DNA of 64,000 nucleotides from Promethearchaeota archaeon (GTDB lineage Archaea > Asgardarchaeota > Heimdallarchaeia > Hodarchaeales > Hodarchaeaceae): the NCBI GenBank assembly GCA_048938105.1, contig JBHLMN010000004.1, positions 192,001 through 256,000 on the forward strand. Direction: 5' to 3'. The translations under genes and the position numbers were made by a program. The notes under the pieces are model-generated. The model ran no database searches. It was not told the DNA's origin and saw nothing but the letters and a program-made list of their open reading frames with translations. This document shows positions 9,505-20,280 of the stretch, in pieces. The stretch's first letter is position 1. Every line of letters starts with the position of its first letter.

Positions 9505-11988
9505 CTATTCAACAACCCGAAGGGCTGAGGGGAGATCCATCTTGATAAGCTTGCGAACTGACAACAAGGGGGTAAATGTGACGAATACAATTCCAATTAA
9601 AATGAGAGTAATAATACTATCAGGATAAAGGAATGCTGACAACCATATTTCATTCATTGCTTGATCCACACGTGCTTCAAGAATATCGACTACAAAAGGA
9701 GCAAAAAGGAAAAAACCAACTAGTGTCCCTAAAATCCCTAAAATCATAGATTCTACCATTAAAATTAACGAGGAGGTTCGAATAGGGGTACCGAAGGCAG
9801 CCATTGTCGCTAATTCTCGAGTTCGCTCATCAATATTTACTGTTGTTGTATTATATACCAAGAGAAGAGCTAAGATCAAAACTACATATTTGATTACGTC
9901 AAAGATAGATTTAAACATCTCAATAAGCTCTTCATAGACTTTAACCAATTTTATGACTGATTGAACTCCACTATATCCCTGCAGATTGAAAAAGTTCTTT
10001 TGGATTGCTTCTTCGGTAATTCCTTGTTTTGGTACAATCATCACTGCGTTAACTAAACCGGTAACATTGAAGATTTGATCGTTTGAGATATCACTAAATG
10101 CCCAGAATCGAATTTTACTATTTTGTATACCCATTACATGAAATGTTGTGTTTTCCTTGGAATATTGGAATGCTGATTTCCTAAAAGGGTGTTCAAGTGT
10201 GATCTTGTCTCCTATATCAACTTTTAAATCCCGTGCAGCTTCTTGAGAAATTATTAACCCAGCTGTGAGATTAAAAGGTTTAACTTCTCTTATTGTTTCC
10301 GGTGTCCATATCTGATTAGTAAGATTGAAGCACCGTAAAACTATGGTGTAAGATTCGTGTTCTCCATGCAATGTCACTGGTATTTGGATCATTGGGACTG
10401 CTAATTTCACATCAGTATCCTCAGTGATGTTTATTACAGGTGATTGTGACGAGTTATACAAATTATTGAGTATAACATCGACCCGTCCCTCTGAATTTCC
10501 TTTTATGACCTCCTGTTCACTATCTAACAAAAAATCTGCTCCATCAACAAATCCTAAAACAGCAACTAGAACACAGATAGCTAATGCAATACCAGACAAA
10601 GTCGAGATAGCTCGTCGAAGATTTCGAGAGATATTACGAAATGGGAATTGAATGAATATTGAACCAGGGAGTCTAATCCATGTCAAGATTGGAGAAATTC
10701 CTTTACCTGTTCCCACTTTAACTCCTGTTTGAATGGCATGGATCGGTTGCATCCGAGTAGCTCGCCAAATAGGAACAATAGATGCAATAAAGGGAATAAG
10801 GATTCCCAAAATTGTGCCTTGGAGAAAAAGGTCTGTTACTAACCAAACCTCCCATACATGAAAAGGCGTAATATCTACTATTATATCTGCTAATCGATTT
10901 CCCAAGATTATTGCAAAAATATACCCAAATATAATCCCTCCAAGGGCGATTTCGAGAGAGAATAGCAAATATCTATATGCAATCTGACGAGGTGGTACAC
11001 CTAATGCCATGTTTACTCCTATTTCCCTGCGTTGAGAATTCACAACACGTGAAATGAGATTATATGCTCCAAAAGCAGCAATGACGAGGATAAGAAAAGA
11101 GAAAATGTAATATAATCCTTGATCACCCGAGATATCTTCTTTTAGGAATTTGTAAGTAGGATGATCTTCTTTTTCTATAAATTCAAAAGAAATATAGGGA
11201 AAATTATCGTTAAAATAGTCTTCAAGTTCTGGAATAAACTCTTCAAGATCCGCTTCAGGTTTTAATAACAAAACAACCTCATTTACATATCCAAGAGGTA
11301 AACCTGTCATTTGTTGAAGAATTCCCTGAGCTGTTTTTAGAGGGACGAATAGAGCGGCAAAAGATGATTGCGCAAAAACCATATTTTCTTCAAGTACCAT
11401 GAAATATTCGGGGGTAAGTGCTGTTCCAATGAAAGCTAGTTTAATGCCTCCTGCAACGGTGAGTAGCTGATTCTTAGGTTTTAAATCATAATAACTAGCA
11501 AAGTTATATTCTACGAGACAAACTTTCTCTGATGTTTCTGTCGATTTAATGTGGCGTCCGTCTGTGATATGTATACCATTTACATCCAAATTTTGAGACC
11601 CATCAGAAACATTGATACCAATAATGCGTCCATTCACCAAAATGGTCTGATTAGAAGTAGAGGCATTAACTGTTGTAGGAAAACTTACTCGATATTCTTG
11701 TGCTTGTATCCAATCCTTATGCGATAGATTCTGAAGAGCAGAAGAAAGCTCTGATTGTGTAATCCAGCTTCCAAGAAGCAAGCTCATTTTAAGGTCAAAC
11801 ATATTCAGATCTTTATTACTTTCTTCAAATGCTCGTTCTCTCCAGGGGGTAGAGCTGCTTAAACCTGTATATATCCCAGTCCCTAGACCTATAATAACCG
11901 CAATAGCTATAACTTGAATTTTTCGTTGTTTCAGATCCCGAAAGGACCATTTAAGGAGCAGCCAAATATTGCCCATGTTTTTCACCAA
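9505..11988 (-). CDS. FtsX/MacB-type ABC permease (two-repeat)
   Basis: Two FtsX motifs ([25 protein letters not shown]), each preceded by a large extracytoplasmic loop. Confidence 0.9.
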   Translation of the reverse strand: MVKNMGNIWLLLKWSFRDLKQRKIQVIAIAVIIGLGTGIYTGLSSSTPWRERAFEESNKDLNMFDLKMSLLLGSWITQSELSSALQNLSHKDWIQAQEYRVSFPTTVNASTSNQTILVNGRIIGINVSDGSQNLDVNGIHITDGRHIKSTETSEKVCLVEYNFASYYDLKPKNQLLTVAGGIKLAFIGTALTPEYFMVLEENMVFAQSSFAALFVPLKTAQGILQQMTGLPLGYVNEVVLLLKPEADLEEFIPELEDYFNDNFPYISFEFIEKEDHPTYKFLKEDISGDQGLYYIFSFLILVIAAFGAYNLISRVVNSQRREIGVNMALGVPPRQIAYRYLLFSLEIALGGIIFGYIFAIILGNRLADIIVDITPFHVWEVWLVTDLFLQGTILGILIPFIASIVPIWRATRMQPIHAIQTGVKVGTGKGISPILTWIRLPGSIFIQFPFRNISRNLRRAISTLSGIALAICVLVAVLGFVDGADFLLDSEQEVIKGNSEGRVDVILNNLYNSSQSPVINITEDTDVKLAVPMIQIPVTLHGEHESYTIVLRCFNLTNQIWTPETIREVKPFNLTAGLIISQEAARDLKVDIGDKITLEHPFRKSAFQYSKENTTFHVMGIQNSKIRFWAFSDISNDQIFNVTGLVNAVMIVPKQGITEEAIQKNFFNLQGYSGVQSVIKLVKVYEELIEMFKSIFDVIKYVVLILALLLVYNTTTVNIDERTRELATMAAFGTPIRTSSLILMVESMILGILGTLVGFFLFAPFVVDILEARVDQAMNEIWLSAFLYPDSIITLILIGIVFVTFTPLLSVRKLIKMDLPSALRVVE

Positions 11989-12689
11989 CGAAGATCTTCT
12001 ATTGAGACTTTCCCATTCTTGGGTAGGCCATCTTCAGCTACTTTTCCAGAGTGCAATTCAACAACCCGATCGGTGATACGGGCGATCTCACGATTATGTG
12101 TGACCAAAAGAACCGTAGTACCATTATTTTGTTGCTTTAATAAGAGCTGTAATATTTGTTTTCCTGTTCTGAAATCTAATTCACCTGTTGGTTCATCTGC
12201 TAGAATGATAGGAGTCTCTTTCACTAAAGCACGCGCGATTGCCACCCGCTGTTGTTCACCCCCAGAAAGCTGGTGAGGAAAATGACGAATTCGTTCCTCG
12301 AGACCAACTGATTTTAGTGCTTCAATGGATTTTTGTCTACTATTCTTCATTCGTCCTAAATCAGCCACATATTGAACATTTTCTAGTGCTGATAGTGTTG
12401 GAAATAAGTTAAATGTCTGAAATATGAATCCGATTGTTTTACGGCGGAATGTGAATTGTTGACGTCGATTATATCGTGTGATATCAATTCCATTAATCTT
12501 GATCATACCACCTGTTGGTCGATCTAGAGCTCCGACAAGGTTTAGTAATGTTGTTTTGCCAGACCCTGATGGGCCTAATAACACAACTGTCTCACCTTGA
12601 TCAATATCAAAGGAAATTCCATCTAAAGCCTTTACAGTAATCTCTCCCATCTGATAATACTTTTCAATTCCTAATAATCGTATCATCAA
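11982..12689 (-). CDS. ABC ATP-binding protein (LolD/MacB family)
   Basis: [38 protein letters not shown]. Confidence 0.95.
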   Translation of the reverse strand: MMIRLLGIEKYYQMGEITVKALDGISFDIDQGETVVLLGPSGSGKTTLLNLVGALDRPTGGMIKINGIDITRYNRRQQFTFRRKTIGFIFQTFNLFPTLSALENVQYVADLGRMKNSRQKSIEALKSVGLEERIRHFPHQLSGGEQQRVAIARALVKETPIILADEPTGELDFRTGKQILQLLLKQQNNGTTVLLVTHNREIARITDRVVELHSGKVAEDGLPKNGKVSIEDLRW

Positions 12690-12962
12690 TCTTATTTCCT
12701 AAATTTGTTCGATTATTGAAAATTCTTTATAGAATAAAAGAATTAATTATAACTATTTCATTAAAGATTAAAAAGTTTTCATTTATGAACTTTCTTTTAT
12801 TCATTATCTAATTAACTAATTTCCACTTTATTCAGATAATTTTAAAGTCTTAGTGTATATCTATTACAAATGAATCATTGTAAGTAACGTTTACAAAGCT
12901 TACACATATTTAAAAACTTTTTAGCTTGATAAGCTAATGAAAATTGATAGAGAAAAGAATGG

Positions 12963-13727
12963 GTGATAATGAACGTCATTATAATTGCTGGAATGCTTGC
13001 TCTAATAAGTTCAATACTACTATTTTTATCAACAATTCTCACAGTTCCACTTTTTAATAAAACAAGAGATGAAATCTTTCTTCATGTGACATTAGTGTTA
13101 TTTTTATTTGCAACAACACTTTTTATAACAGGTTTGTTTGCAATATTCTTACCTGAAGCAATGTCCGAAGCATTCCAAGATCTTGGATCGATGAAACTAC
13201 CCTATTTGTTAAAAATAGTGATCCTATTCATGCTACTAACATCCTTAGAATTCACGTTATTTTATACTAATATTTCATCAAATCGTCTTTATTTTGTGGA
13301 GAAATACCTTCCTCTAGTCCCAGCTTTATATATAGGGTGGATATTAGCTTCTATATTTGTGGAGAATGAATTTTTAGATTCTTTATTGTTTTCAATCCTT
13401 TATTTTCTCACTTTTCTGATTGACATAATGGTTATTGTTCTTTTACTTCGTTTACATAACGTACGAACAAAATTTTTTGATAGAAAGCCTGAATATGCTC
13501 TCTCAACTCACTTAATGATAATGCTAGCTGCATTCTTAGTGTATCAGTTAGGTGATTTAATTGGATTTATTGGTCTGCTAATTTCTCAAGATATCTACCT
13601 CTTGGCTATGAGTATTCAGCTTATTGTGCTACCTATTTTCAGTTTCTTCTTATTTTTTCAGAGTCACTCAATCTGGAAGATCTTAGATAAGATCAATTAT
13701 TCTTTACTACTCAATGAACTCAATTAA
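12963..13727 (+). CDS. Hypothetical 7-TM membrane protein
   Basis: About 7 hydrophobic segments; no recognisable soluble domain. Confidence 0.7.
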   Translation: MIMNVIIIAGMLALISSILLFLSTILTVPLFNKTRDEIFLHVTLVLFLFATTLFITGLFAIFLPEAMSEAFQDLGSMKLPYLLKIVILFMLLTSLEFTLFYTNISSNRLYFVEKYLPLVPALYIGWILASIFVENEFLDSLLFSILYFLTFLIDIMVIVLLLRLHNVRTKFFDRKPEYALSTHLMIMLAAFLVYQLGDLIGFIGLLISQDIYLLAMSIQLIVLPIFSFFLFFQSHSIWKILDKINYSLLLNELN

Positions 13728-13802
13728 GCCCTATAAGGGGTACTTTTCCTAAAGAAAAAGACTCTTATACAATCACTCTTTTTTTGGACTCAGGCGTTTT
13801 AT

Positions 13803-13988
13803 ATGTCTAAGACTGCAGTCATATCAGTGCGAATTCCCAATGAGGTACGGGAGAAGCTAGAAAAATATGCTGAAATTCTAAGAATCAGACCCTCTGCGAT
13901 TGCTGCATTAGTTTTAGAAGATTGTATTGAGTATTGGGTTAAACAATATAGTGAAAATGCTTTGAAGAAGATTTGGGAGAATCTTTAA
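13803..13988 (+). CDS. Ribbon-helix-helix (CopG-like) DNA-binding protein
   Basis: TAVISVRIPNEVREKLEKYA...PSAIAALVLE fits the beta-alpha-alpha RHH pattern. Confidence 0.75.
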   Translation: MSKTAVISVRIPNEVREKLEKYAEILRIRPSAIAALVLEDCIEYWVKQYSENALKKIWENL

Positions 13989-13991
13989 GGA

Positions 13992-15437
13992 TCATTTTTG
14001 ATCTTTCTGCATACCTTCTGCTTTTAATAGTGCTTGAATATCCATAGTTCTTTCTGGAGTAAGATCATACACTTTAACAAAGATAATTAGGCCTAATAAA
14101 CACAAAATCATCGGGATTAATGCTGTATGGATTCTGATTCCAAGCAAAGCTAAGAACGTTTGATCTGAAACATCTGGATTGAAACCTGTCAATTCATGTA
14201 CTATAGCAAAGATGAATCCTTGGGCTATTAATGCCAAGCGATTAAAAAAAGTATAAATCCCCATTAGAGAGCCTTCAATTTTTGTACCAGTTTTCACTAC
14301 TGCTTCATCAATAACATCAGCGATGACTGGATTTCTTCCAATTCGTAAGGCTCCACCACCAATCCCCAACAGGATTACACCCAGCAACAATGAGAAAAGG
14401 TTCCAAGCAAATATTAACGGAAAAAGGAAAATTGTATTGAGGAAAACTCCAATGATCAGCATTTTTCGATTATTGTTTAATTGCTGTGCATATCTCAACC
14501 AAAATATCATAGATCCTAGAGCACCTAACAGAAATCCTGCTAACACAACTGAAGCGATAATTGGATCCATCTTAAGGTCATATTTCACAATGTAGCTTAT
14601 TGATGCCGTCAAACTTGCTCCAATAATGCTATCAAGAAAGAATATCATCATAACAACCATGAAATTCTTGTGTTTGAAAATTATTTTTAGTAAAGAGATG
14701 AAAGATTCTTTTTCTTCTTCTCTTTCATAATAACTCAATTTCAATCCTTCTGACTCACGGTGACCATAGATGTATGTTAAAAAAGTAATAAAACCAACAA
14801 TAGCAACAACCCAGGCCATTTGAGCGTAAGACTCTTTTACGTAAAATACCACAATAAATCCTGGAATCAATGCTCCCAAAGCAGTTCCTATAAGTCCTAA
14901 AGCCATAGCTATGCCACCAGCTTTTCTCCGATCATCATCCAATCTGAAAATATCAGGGTACTGCGCTAAATGACTTGTTTGGACAATAGAGTAGAATGTA
15001 TCAAAAAAACAGGTCGATAATACAAACCATACAAAGTAAAACCATGGTTGAGTATCCGGATTCCAGTTTGGGGGTGAAAAAATGAAAACTATTAAAAAAA
15101 CGAATGGGATTGAACCAATGATTATCAGGGGAAATCTTTTTCCCCAACGTTTCCAGTAATTCCTAGGATTATCTGTTAAAAAACCCACAAGCGGATCATT
15201 AATTGCATTCCACAAAGCATAGATGATATATCCTAATGTAAGATACCAAATTCCTAAACTTACTTCCGTTTCATAGAATAGAAGCAAATATTGACCAAGA
15301 GCAAATGAAAAAAAGGCAAACTGCAATTCAGCCATACCAAAAGATATCATCGTCTTTAAAGATTGAGGTTTCATTACCTCATCTTCATATGTCAAATTGC
15401 TGTGTAATTCCTTATTTAAGGTCATTGAATCACGCAA
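13992..15437 (-). CDS. MFS transporter, GPH/MelB (sugar:cation symporter) family
   Basis: WNAINDPLVGFLTD, WGKRFP, IADVIDE...EG; about 12 TM. Start may be the ATG at 15425. Confidence 0.88.
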   Translation of the reverse strand: MRDSMTLNKELHSNLTYEDEVMKPQSLKTMISFGMAELQFAFFSFALGQYLLLFYETEVSLGIWYLTLGYIIYALWNAINDPLVGFLTDNPRNYWKRWGKRFPLIIIGSIPFVFLIVFIFSPPNWNPDTQPWFYFVWFVLSTCFFDTFYSIVQTSHLAQYPDIFRLDDDRRKAGGIAMALGLIGTALGALIPGFIVVFYVKESYAQMAWVVAIVGFITFLTYIYGHRESEGLKLSYYEREEEKESFISLLKIIFKHKNFMVVMMIFFLDSIIGASLTASISYIVKYDLKMDPIIASVVLAGFLLGALGSMIFWLRYAQQLNNNRKMLIIGVFLNTIFLFPLIFAWNLFSLLLGVILLGIGGGALRIGRNPVIADVIDEAVVKTGTKIEGSLMGIYTFFNRLALIAQGFIFAIVHELTGFNPDVSDQTFLALLGIRIHTALIPMILCLLGLIIFVKVYDLTPERTMDIQALLKAEGMQKDQK

Positions 15438-15566
15438 GAGGGCGAAGTTAGGTATTATTTTTTTATGGATTATTCATTAAGCCTACTATGGTAATACTCA
15501 TTAAATTTTTAGTTATCTCTTAGAATTCCTGGTAAACCAATCAGATAATAGATAAGGTGGAATCAA

Positions 15567-16685
15567 TTGTCAGATAACCTTCAAGCTTCAAAATTTGATG
15601 AAATGATTTTCGCTAAAGGCTTTCAATGGAAAGTTAAACAGGTCTCTACTCACTCTAACGAGAAACCTCTTGTTGTCCATTTCACACAAAAACAATGGAA
15701 GTTTATGGCTGATCGGGGATTAAAACATCAAGATTATGCAATAATCCATTCCCAAAATAAGTTCATTTTTCCTATTTTGGATGGGGGTGGTTGTATTGTG
15801 AATATTTGGTTTACATTCTCCTCTGGGCTATTTAGCTTGCGAAAATACTATAAAAGTTGGGATATACGGAAGAAGGTTTATCTTCGAATTTTCTTTGATA
15901 ATGAAGATACACCAAGCGTCAATTCTCCGATTGGAGATTTTTTTGGAGTCGGTTTCGGGAAATATCGTGAATTTAAATCAAAGTATTTAGAAGAAACGTC
16001 AGGGGGCTATATTTGTAGATTCCCGATGCCTTTCAAAAAGAATGCTCGAATTGAGATAGTCAATACTAGTGAGAAGACTGATATTATTTTTTATGGTGCA
16101 ATAACATTTCGCCATTATGAAAATGGTTTTCCATATGATCCTTTCTATTTTCATGCTAGATATCGTGAAGAACAACCAACTACTCTCGAAATTCCCTATA
16201 AACTTATTGATGTACAAGGAGAAGGATTCTATGCTGGATGTGTCCTGAATCAAGCTAATATCAAACGAAAGGATGGTCTTCGGTTTCTTGAAGGGAATAC
16301 GAAGTTTTATGTTGATGGTGAAACATTCCCCTCGCTTGAATACACAGGTACAGAGGACATTTTTCAAGGAGCTTGGTACTATATTGATGGGGTTTTTTCT
16401 GCACCTTATCATGGCTGTACAGTTCATTCTGCTTGGAAAAAAGCTGGAATTTTTGGTTTTCTTCGATCTAGTTTTAGAAAAAATCAAATAAGTCAATATC
16501 GCTTCCACGAAAATGATGCTATTCCATTTAAAAAAAGTCTTCTTGTCTTTAATCATCATGGAGAGTTTGATGAGATTCTCACAAACCAATCATCTGTTAC
16601 ATATTTCTATGCCCGAAAACCTATTCAAATTAATTGGGATCCTCTTCAAAAGGGCGATTTTCCTGATGAATATTATGCTAATTGA
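15567..16685 (+). CDS. DUF2961 / glycoside hydrolase family 172-like protein
   Basis: LRIFFDNEDTPSV.SPIGDFFG, FPMPFKKNARIEI, EGNTKFYVDGE, TGTEDIFQGAW, YRFHENDAIPFKKSL. Confidence 0.85.
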   Translation: MSDNLQASKFDEMIFAKGFQWKVKQVSTHSNEKPLVVHFTQKQWKFMADRGLKHQDYAIIHSQNKFIFPILDGGGCIVNIWFTFSSGLFSLRKYYKSWDIRKKVYLRIFFDNEDTPSVNSPIGDFFGVGFGKYREFKSKYLEETSGGYICRFPMPFKKNARIEIVNTSEKTDIIFYGAITFRHYENGFPYDPFYFHARYREEQPTTLEIPYKLIDVQGEGFYAGCVLNQANIKRKDGLRFLEGNTKFYVDGETFPSLEYTGTEDIFQGAWYYIDGVFSAPYHGCTVHSAWKKAGIFGFLRSSFRKNQISQYRFHENDAIPFKKSLLVFNHHGEFDEILTNQSSVTYFYARKPIQINWDPLQKGDFPDEYYAN

Positions 16686-17008
16686 AGAATTATATTGAAT
16701 TATATTCTAATGAATTATACTCTAGTTATCAAACAAAAGAGCTTTTATTAGAAAAATTAAGCAAATTTGGGTTTTCATTGACAAATGAAGATGATTTTCA
16801 TGATGAATATCTGCTTTTATCAAGGACAAATAAACGTCCAGAGTTACCATTGAAAGGTTCAAAACAACAATTAATACTAAAGATACCTCTCCCATTAAAA
16901 AAGGATTTAGATTTTTTACTTTTATATACCAAGACTCCATATTTTGACACAGGGGATCTATGGAAGACAGCTAAAGATTTAAAAAATTATTTAGAATCTA
17001 ATAATTGA
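16682..17008 (+). CDS. Hypothetical protein
   Basis: 108-aa ORF with a 4-nt overlap with the upstream gene. Confidence 0.6.
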   Translation: MKNYIELYSNELYSSYQTKELLLEKLSKFGFSLTNEDDFHDEYLLLSRTNKRPELPLKGSKQQLILKIPLPLKKDLDFLLLYTKTPYFDTGDLWKTAKDLKNYLESNN

Positions 17009-17138
17009 AAAACCTATGCTAAATGAAAGTTTCTTGACATATATTATACAATGAAGAAGATAATTTTTTATGATTAATATGCAAGTCACCGTCACAGGAC
17101 TTTCTTAACATAACGGATTAATCATTTTAATAATGACG

Positions 17139-17669
17139 TTAAATTCTTGGTAAGCGTTCCATTGAACAATCATAGCCTATCCCTTGTATTATTGAATTTT
17201 CTTTGAACCCGAATCGCCGATAATAGTCCTTTAGTTTTAAAATTTCTTCATCAGTCGGTTTTCTTTCAGGATTAATAAAAGGCATAGCATGGAGGCTTAA
17301 AGGAATTTCAAACTCGTCAGCAAAATTAATTATTTCATTAAAGATATATGTTGCAAGCCCATGTCCACGATAATCGGGTTCAATCCAAACTGTTCCAATA
17401 TAACATTCCTTTTCTTCAGGTTTCCATGTAAGTGAAACGCTCCCAAGAGTAAGAAAATCACCTCCAACTTCTTCACCAATATCTACAAAGCAACGTAATG
17501 TCTTTTTTTGATCTATTGCTCTTCTAAATGAGATATGTTCTCCATTAAACACTTGGTCTAAAGTATGAATGTTGATACAGTAACACTGATTATCTATTTG
17601 GAATTCAACTTTAAAATCCCAGTAATCAAAATACGGAAAGTTTCTAATAGTTTCCTTAACAGAGAACAT
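17139..17669 (-). CDS. GNAT family N-acetyltransferase
   Basis: VWIEPDYRGHGLA (motif A) and YYRRFGF (motif B). Confidence 0.88.
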   Translation of the reverse strand: MFSVKETIRNFPYFDYWDFKVEFQIDNQCYCINIHTLDQVFNGEHISFRRAIDQKKTLRCFVDIGEEVGGDFLTLGSVSLTWKPEEKECYIGTVWIEPDYRGHGLATYIFNEIINFADEFEIPLSLHAMPFINPERKPTDEEILKLKDYYRRFGFKENSIIQGIGYDCSMERLPRI

Positions 17670-19844
17670 GGGAAGTCTCTCTTTGATATATAATAAACAC
17701 GATGCGCGTTAAGTTTAGTTCAGGACATTAGAAGCAAATCAATGGACATTCATAAGCTCCATCATTGCCAACAATATTCCCAATACATACAGAAACGAGT
17801 ATTTTGCGTTCTTATACTTTCTAAACGATTTCTCATGATTTCATATTAAATGGGAATAGAAATGTTGATTTTTCCTGATTTTATACAGCAAGAATTATAT
17901 TAATCAACTTGTGTTGAACCATCTTTATGCCATTAATAATGCTTGTTTTCAAGATATATTGTTAAAATTTAAGTATTTAAAGTTTTTGGTATTCTACCAC
18001 CTTTATTCTTAAGATATTAGTAAATTATTCCTTCAAGATTTCTTATAAAAGTAGAACGTCTATATTATGGTGAGAAGCGGGAAAATAAACCCATAATGAG
18101 AGGAAAAAAGGTAATTCTCCTTTTTTCTTTATCTGATATCATGAAATAATCTAGGATTCAAACAGATTTTTAGATCAGAAACCTTTGAGTAATCTAGTCA
18201 ATGAGTGTTTAAGAGGAAATTTGTTTTGTAGTGTATGTTAATGACCTCTTAGATCAGCTATTAACACAAATATCAGTCAAACGTGCTAATTTTGTTGAAG
18301 TTGAGAAGAAGTTTAGAATTCATGATATAATTCTCTTCAACTAAAAATACAAGAATTGCCTTGTTTTAATGGAATCAAAGACAAGATTAAATTGTACCTT
18401 TGAATTATGAAATTTAAGGTATTTATTGAAGTGTAACGCAAAATAATTACCAATATCATCATTTCAACTCATTATAAACGAATTTAACACATTTATTTAA
18501 CATTCAAGCCAATAAACTTGAGACAAAGTGTTTTCATCCAAAAAAAACAGTCCTAATAATGGGGGTTCGTGGAGGATTGATAATCATCACTAGTTTAAAT
18601 AAGCGGATTGATGATGTTAATCGGTTTAAGAATAGAATTGTGTCTGTAAGAGGCACCACATCGAAATTTACACTAAAGACTGAAGCCTGTTCGATAACGG
18701 TATTGTCTAAATCAGATACATTACTACTCACTTTGAAATCTACATAAAGTCCAATCCATCATTTCTTGCGAGAAAAAGACCAACGAGCGATAACCAGTTT
18801 TCATAATGTATCTACACTGCCAAGAGTCACTCAATATGAGAATTTCTCTCACGAGTGAATTCTTGGGGTTTCCCCCTTAACTACTATATGAACTCTGGAA
18901 TAGATCATTAAGAATTTCCTTCCCATTCCTTCCGTAGAATAATAAATGAGAGATCAATTCTTTGTACTTTCACTATTTTGATTGCTTTTCCAATAATCGT
19001 ACGAGGGAAGTTTTTGATATTGACATATTTCTGAGAATGAGTAGGGAACTAAGTCAATCTCGGATTATATATAATTTCTTCGATTTTTTATGATATTGCT
19101 TTTTTAGAGTGTTTCTGAACTATAGAAATAAAAAATGATCACCTTATCATTGAAGAATGAGTATTAATGTGGCTATTTATGTTTCTTTATATTTTTCAGT
19201 TCAGTTTTTAATTCTCGATGTCTTTTTAACAGTTTGTGACGTGCTTTAATTCCAGTTACTACTTTTAATTGTTGTTCAATTTTATGCAATTCTCTTTCAA
19301 AGAGAATTTGTTTTTTTCCCTTCATTTTCTTGACTCGTGGGAGCTATGATAATTAAGAGATGTTTAGTTAGAGAACTATTAGATACGTTATATGAATCAT
19401 TTACATTATCCTCTTATTTTAAACTTTCCTGTTTTTCAACTTGGAACTAGAGATAATGACAGTATGTAAACTATTCATTCGCATTCCAACAACGGTGATA
19501 TAAGTAAGTTGGTCTGATTCTCTTTGATTATGAATATGTCACTTAATAACAAAAAGAACTTTGCTTAAAGATTCTTTCAATCCTAAAGCTGTATCATGCT
19601 TTGTAAAGTAGACTAAATCGATTTTATCTTTTTGATTGAATACCACAGACATTAAAGCTTGATATCAATTCTACAAAACAGCTCTAATTATCTTATATTT
19701 ACCTAGATAAAGCCATTGATTATTTATTTCTTATAGCAAACATGGAAATAGTCATTAGGTCTTCTCTCGGAGATCCTTCTTAATATTCTTAATTAATTAA
19801 GCCACCAAATTTCTTTATAACTCATGTCTTTATTTAAAGAGAGA

Positions 19845-19861
19845 AGAGCAAAGTTTATAAA
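19845..19861 (+). promoter_or_regulatory. Candidate BRE/TATA promoter of histone gene
   Basis: Purine-rich run then TTTATAAA (19854-19861), ~80 bp upstream of ATG; GGTGA SD before ATG. Confidence 0.55.
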
Positions 19862-19938
19862 TAATGAACGTACTTCGGCTCATTGTGAGATTATTAATAG
19901 CCTCACATGAAGTTAAATAAGAGAAAAGGTGAAAAAAA

Positions 19939-20163
19939 ATGACCAAAAAACCAAAAAGGAAAGCGGGCTTTGCAAGTGCTCGCGTAGAAAAAGTTATACG
20001 AGACGCAGGAGCTTTTCGTGTTTCTGCTGATGCAGTCTATCGGTTAAACGAGATTTTAACAGAATATGGGATGAATATTGCTCGTTATGCCACTGAAATA
20101 GCACAACATTCTGGACGAAAAACTGTTCAAGAACCAGATATAAGACTGGCAGCAACTAAATAA
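19939..20163 (+). CDS. Archaeal histone (HMf family) with short Lys-rich N-terminal extension
   Basis: FASARVEKVIRDAGAFRVSADA...AQHSGRKTVQEPDIRLA histone-fold signature; N-terminus MTKKPKRK. Confidence 0.93.
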   Translation: MTKKPKRKAGFASARVEKVIRDAGAFRVSADAVYRLNEILTEYGMNIARYATEIAQHSGRKTVQEPDIRLAATK

Positions 20164-20210
20164 TGGAAAAAATGAGTATTCTTACTTCTTTTTTTCATTT
20201 TCTTTTTGTT
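20164..20210 (+). terminator. Short hairpin plus oligo-T terminator after histone
   Basis: GAGTA-TTCT-TACTT followed by T7 and further T runs. Confidence 0.5.
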
Positions 20211-20280
20211 CCAAGTATAAGTTTCAACCAAATCGGATTTTCGGAGGGAAAACGAATTTATTTCAATAGGGGTGATATAA

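Noticed and set aside
18534-18747. Two short overlapping ORFs in the long spacer
   Set aside because: They are mutually antisense, with no recognisable motif or convincing start context.
17670-19938. RNase P RNA, SRP RNA, tRNA or C/D-box sRNA
   Set aside because: No GAGGAAAGUCC core, GC-rich helices or cloverleaf. The TGATGA/CTGA pair near 18609/18680 lacks good internal boxes.
20164-20200. Eukaryotic histone 3' stem-loop equivalent
   Set aside because: The stem is only 5 weak bp, does not match the GGYYYU-UUUH-ARRRCC consensus, and is better explained as a terminator.
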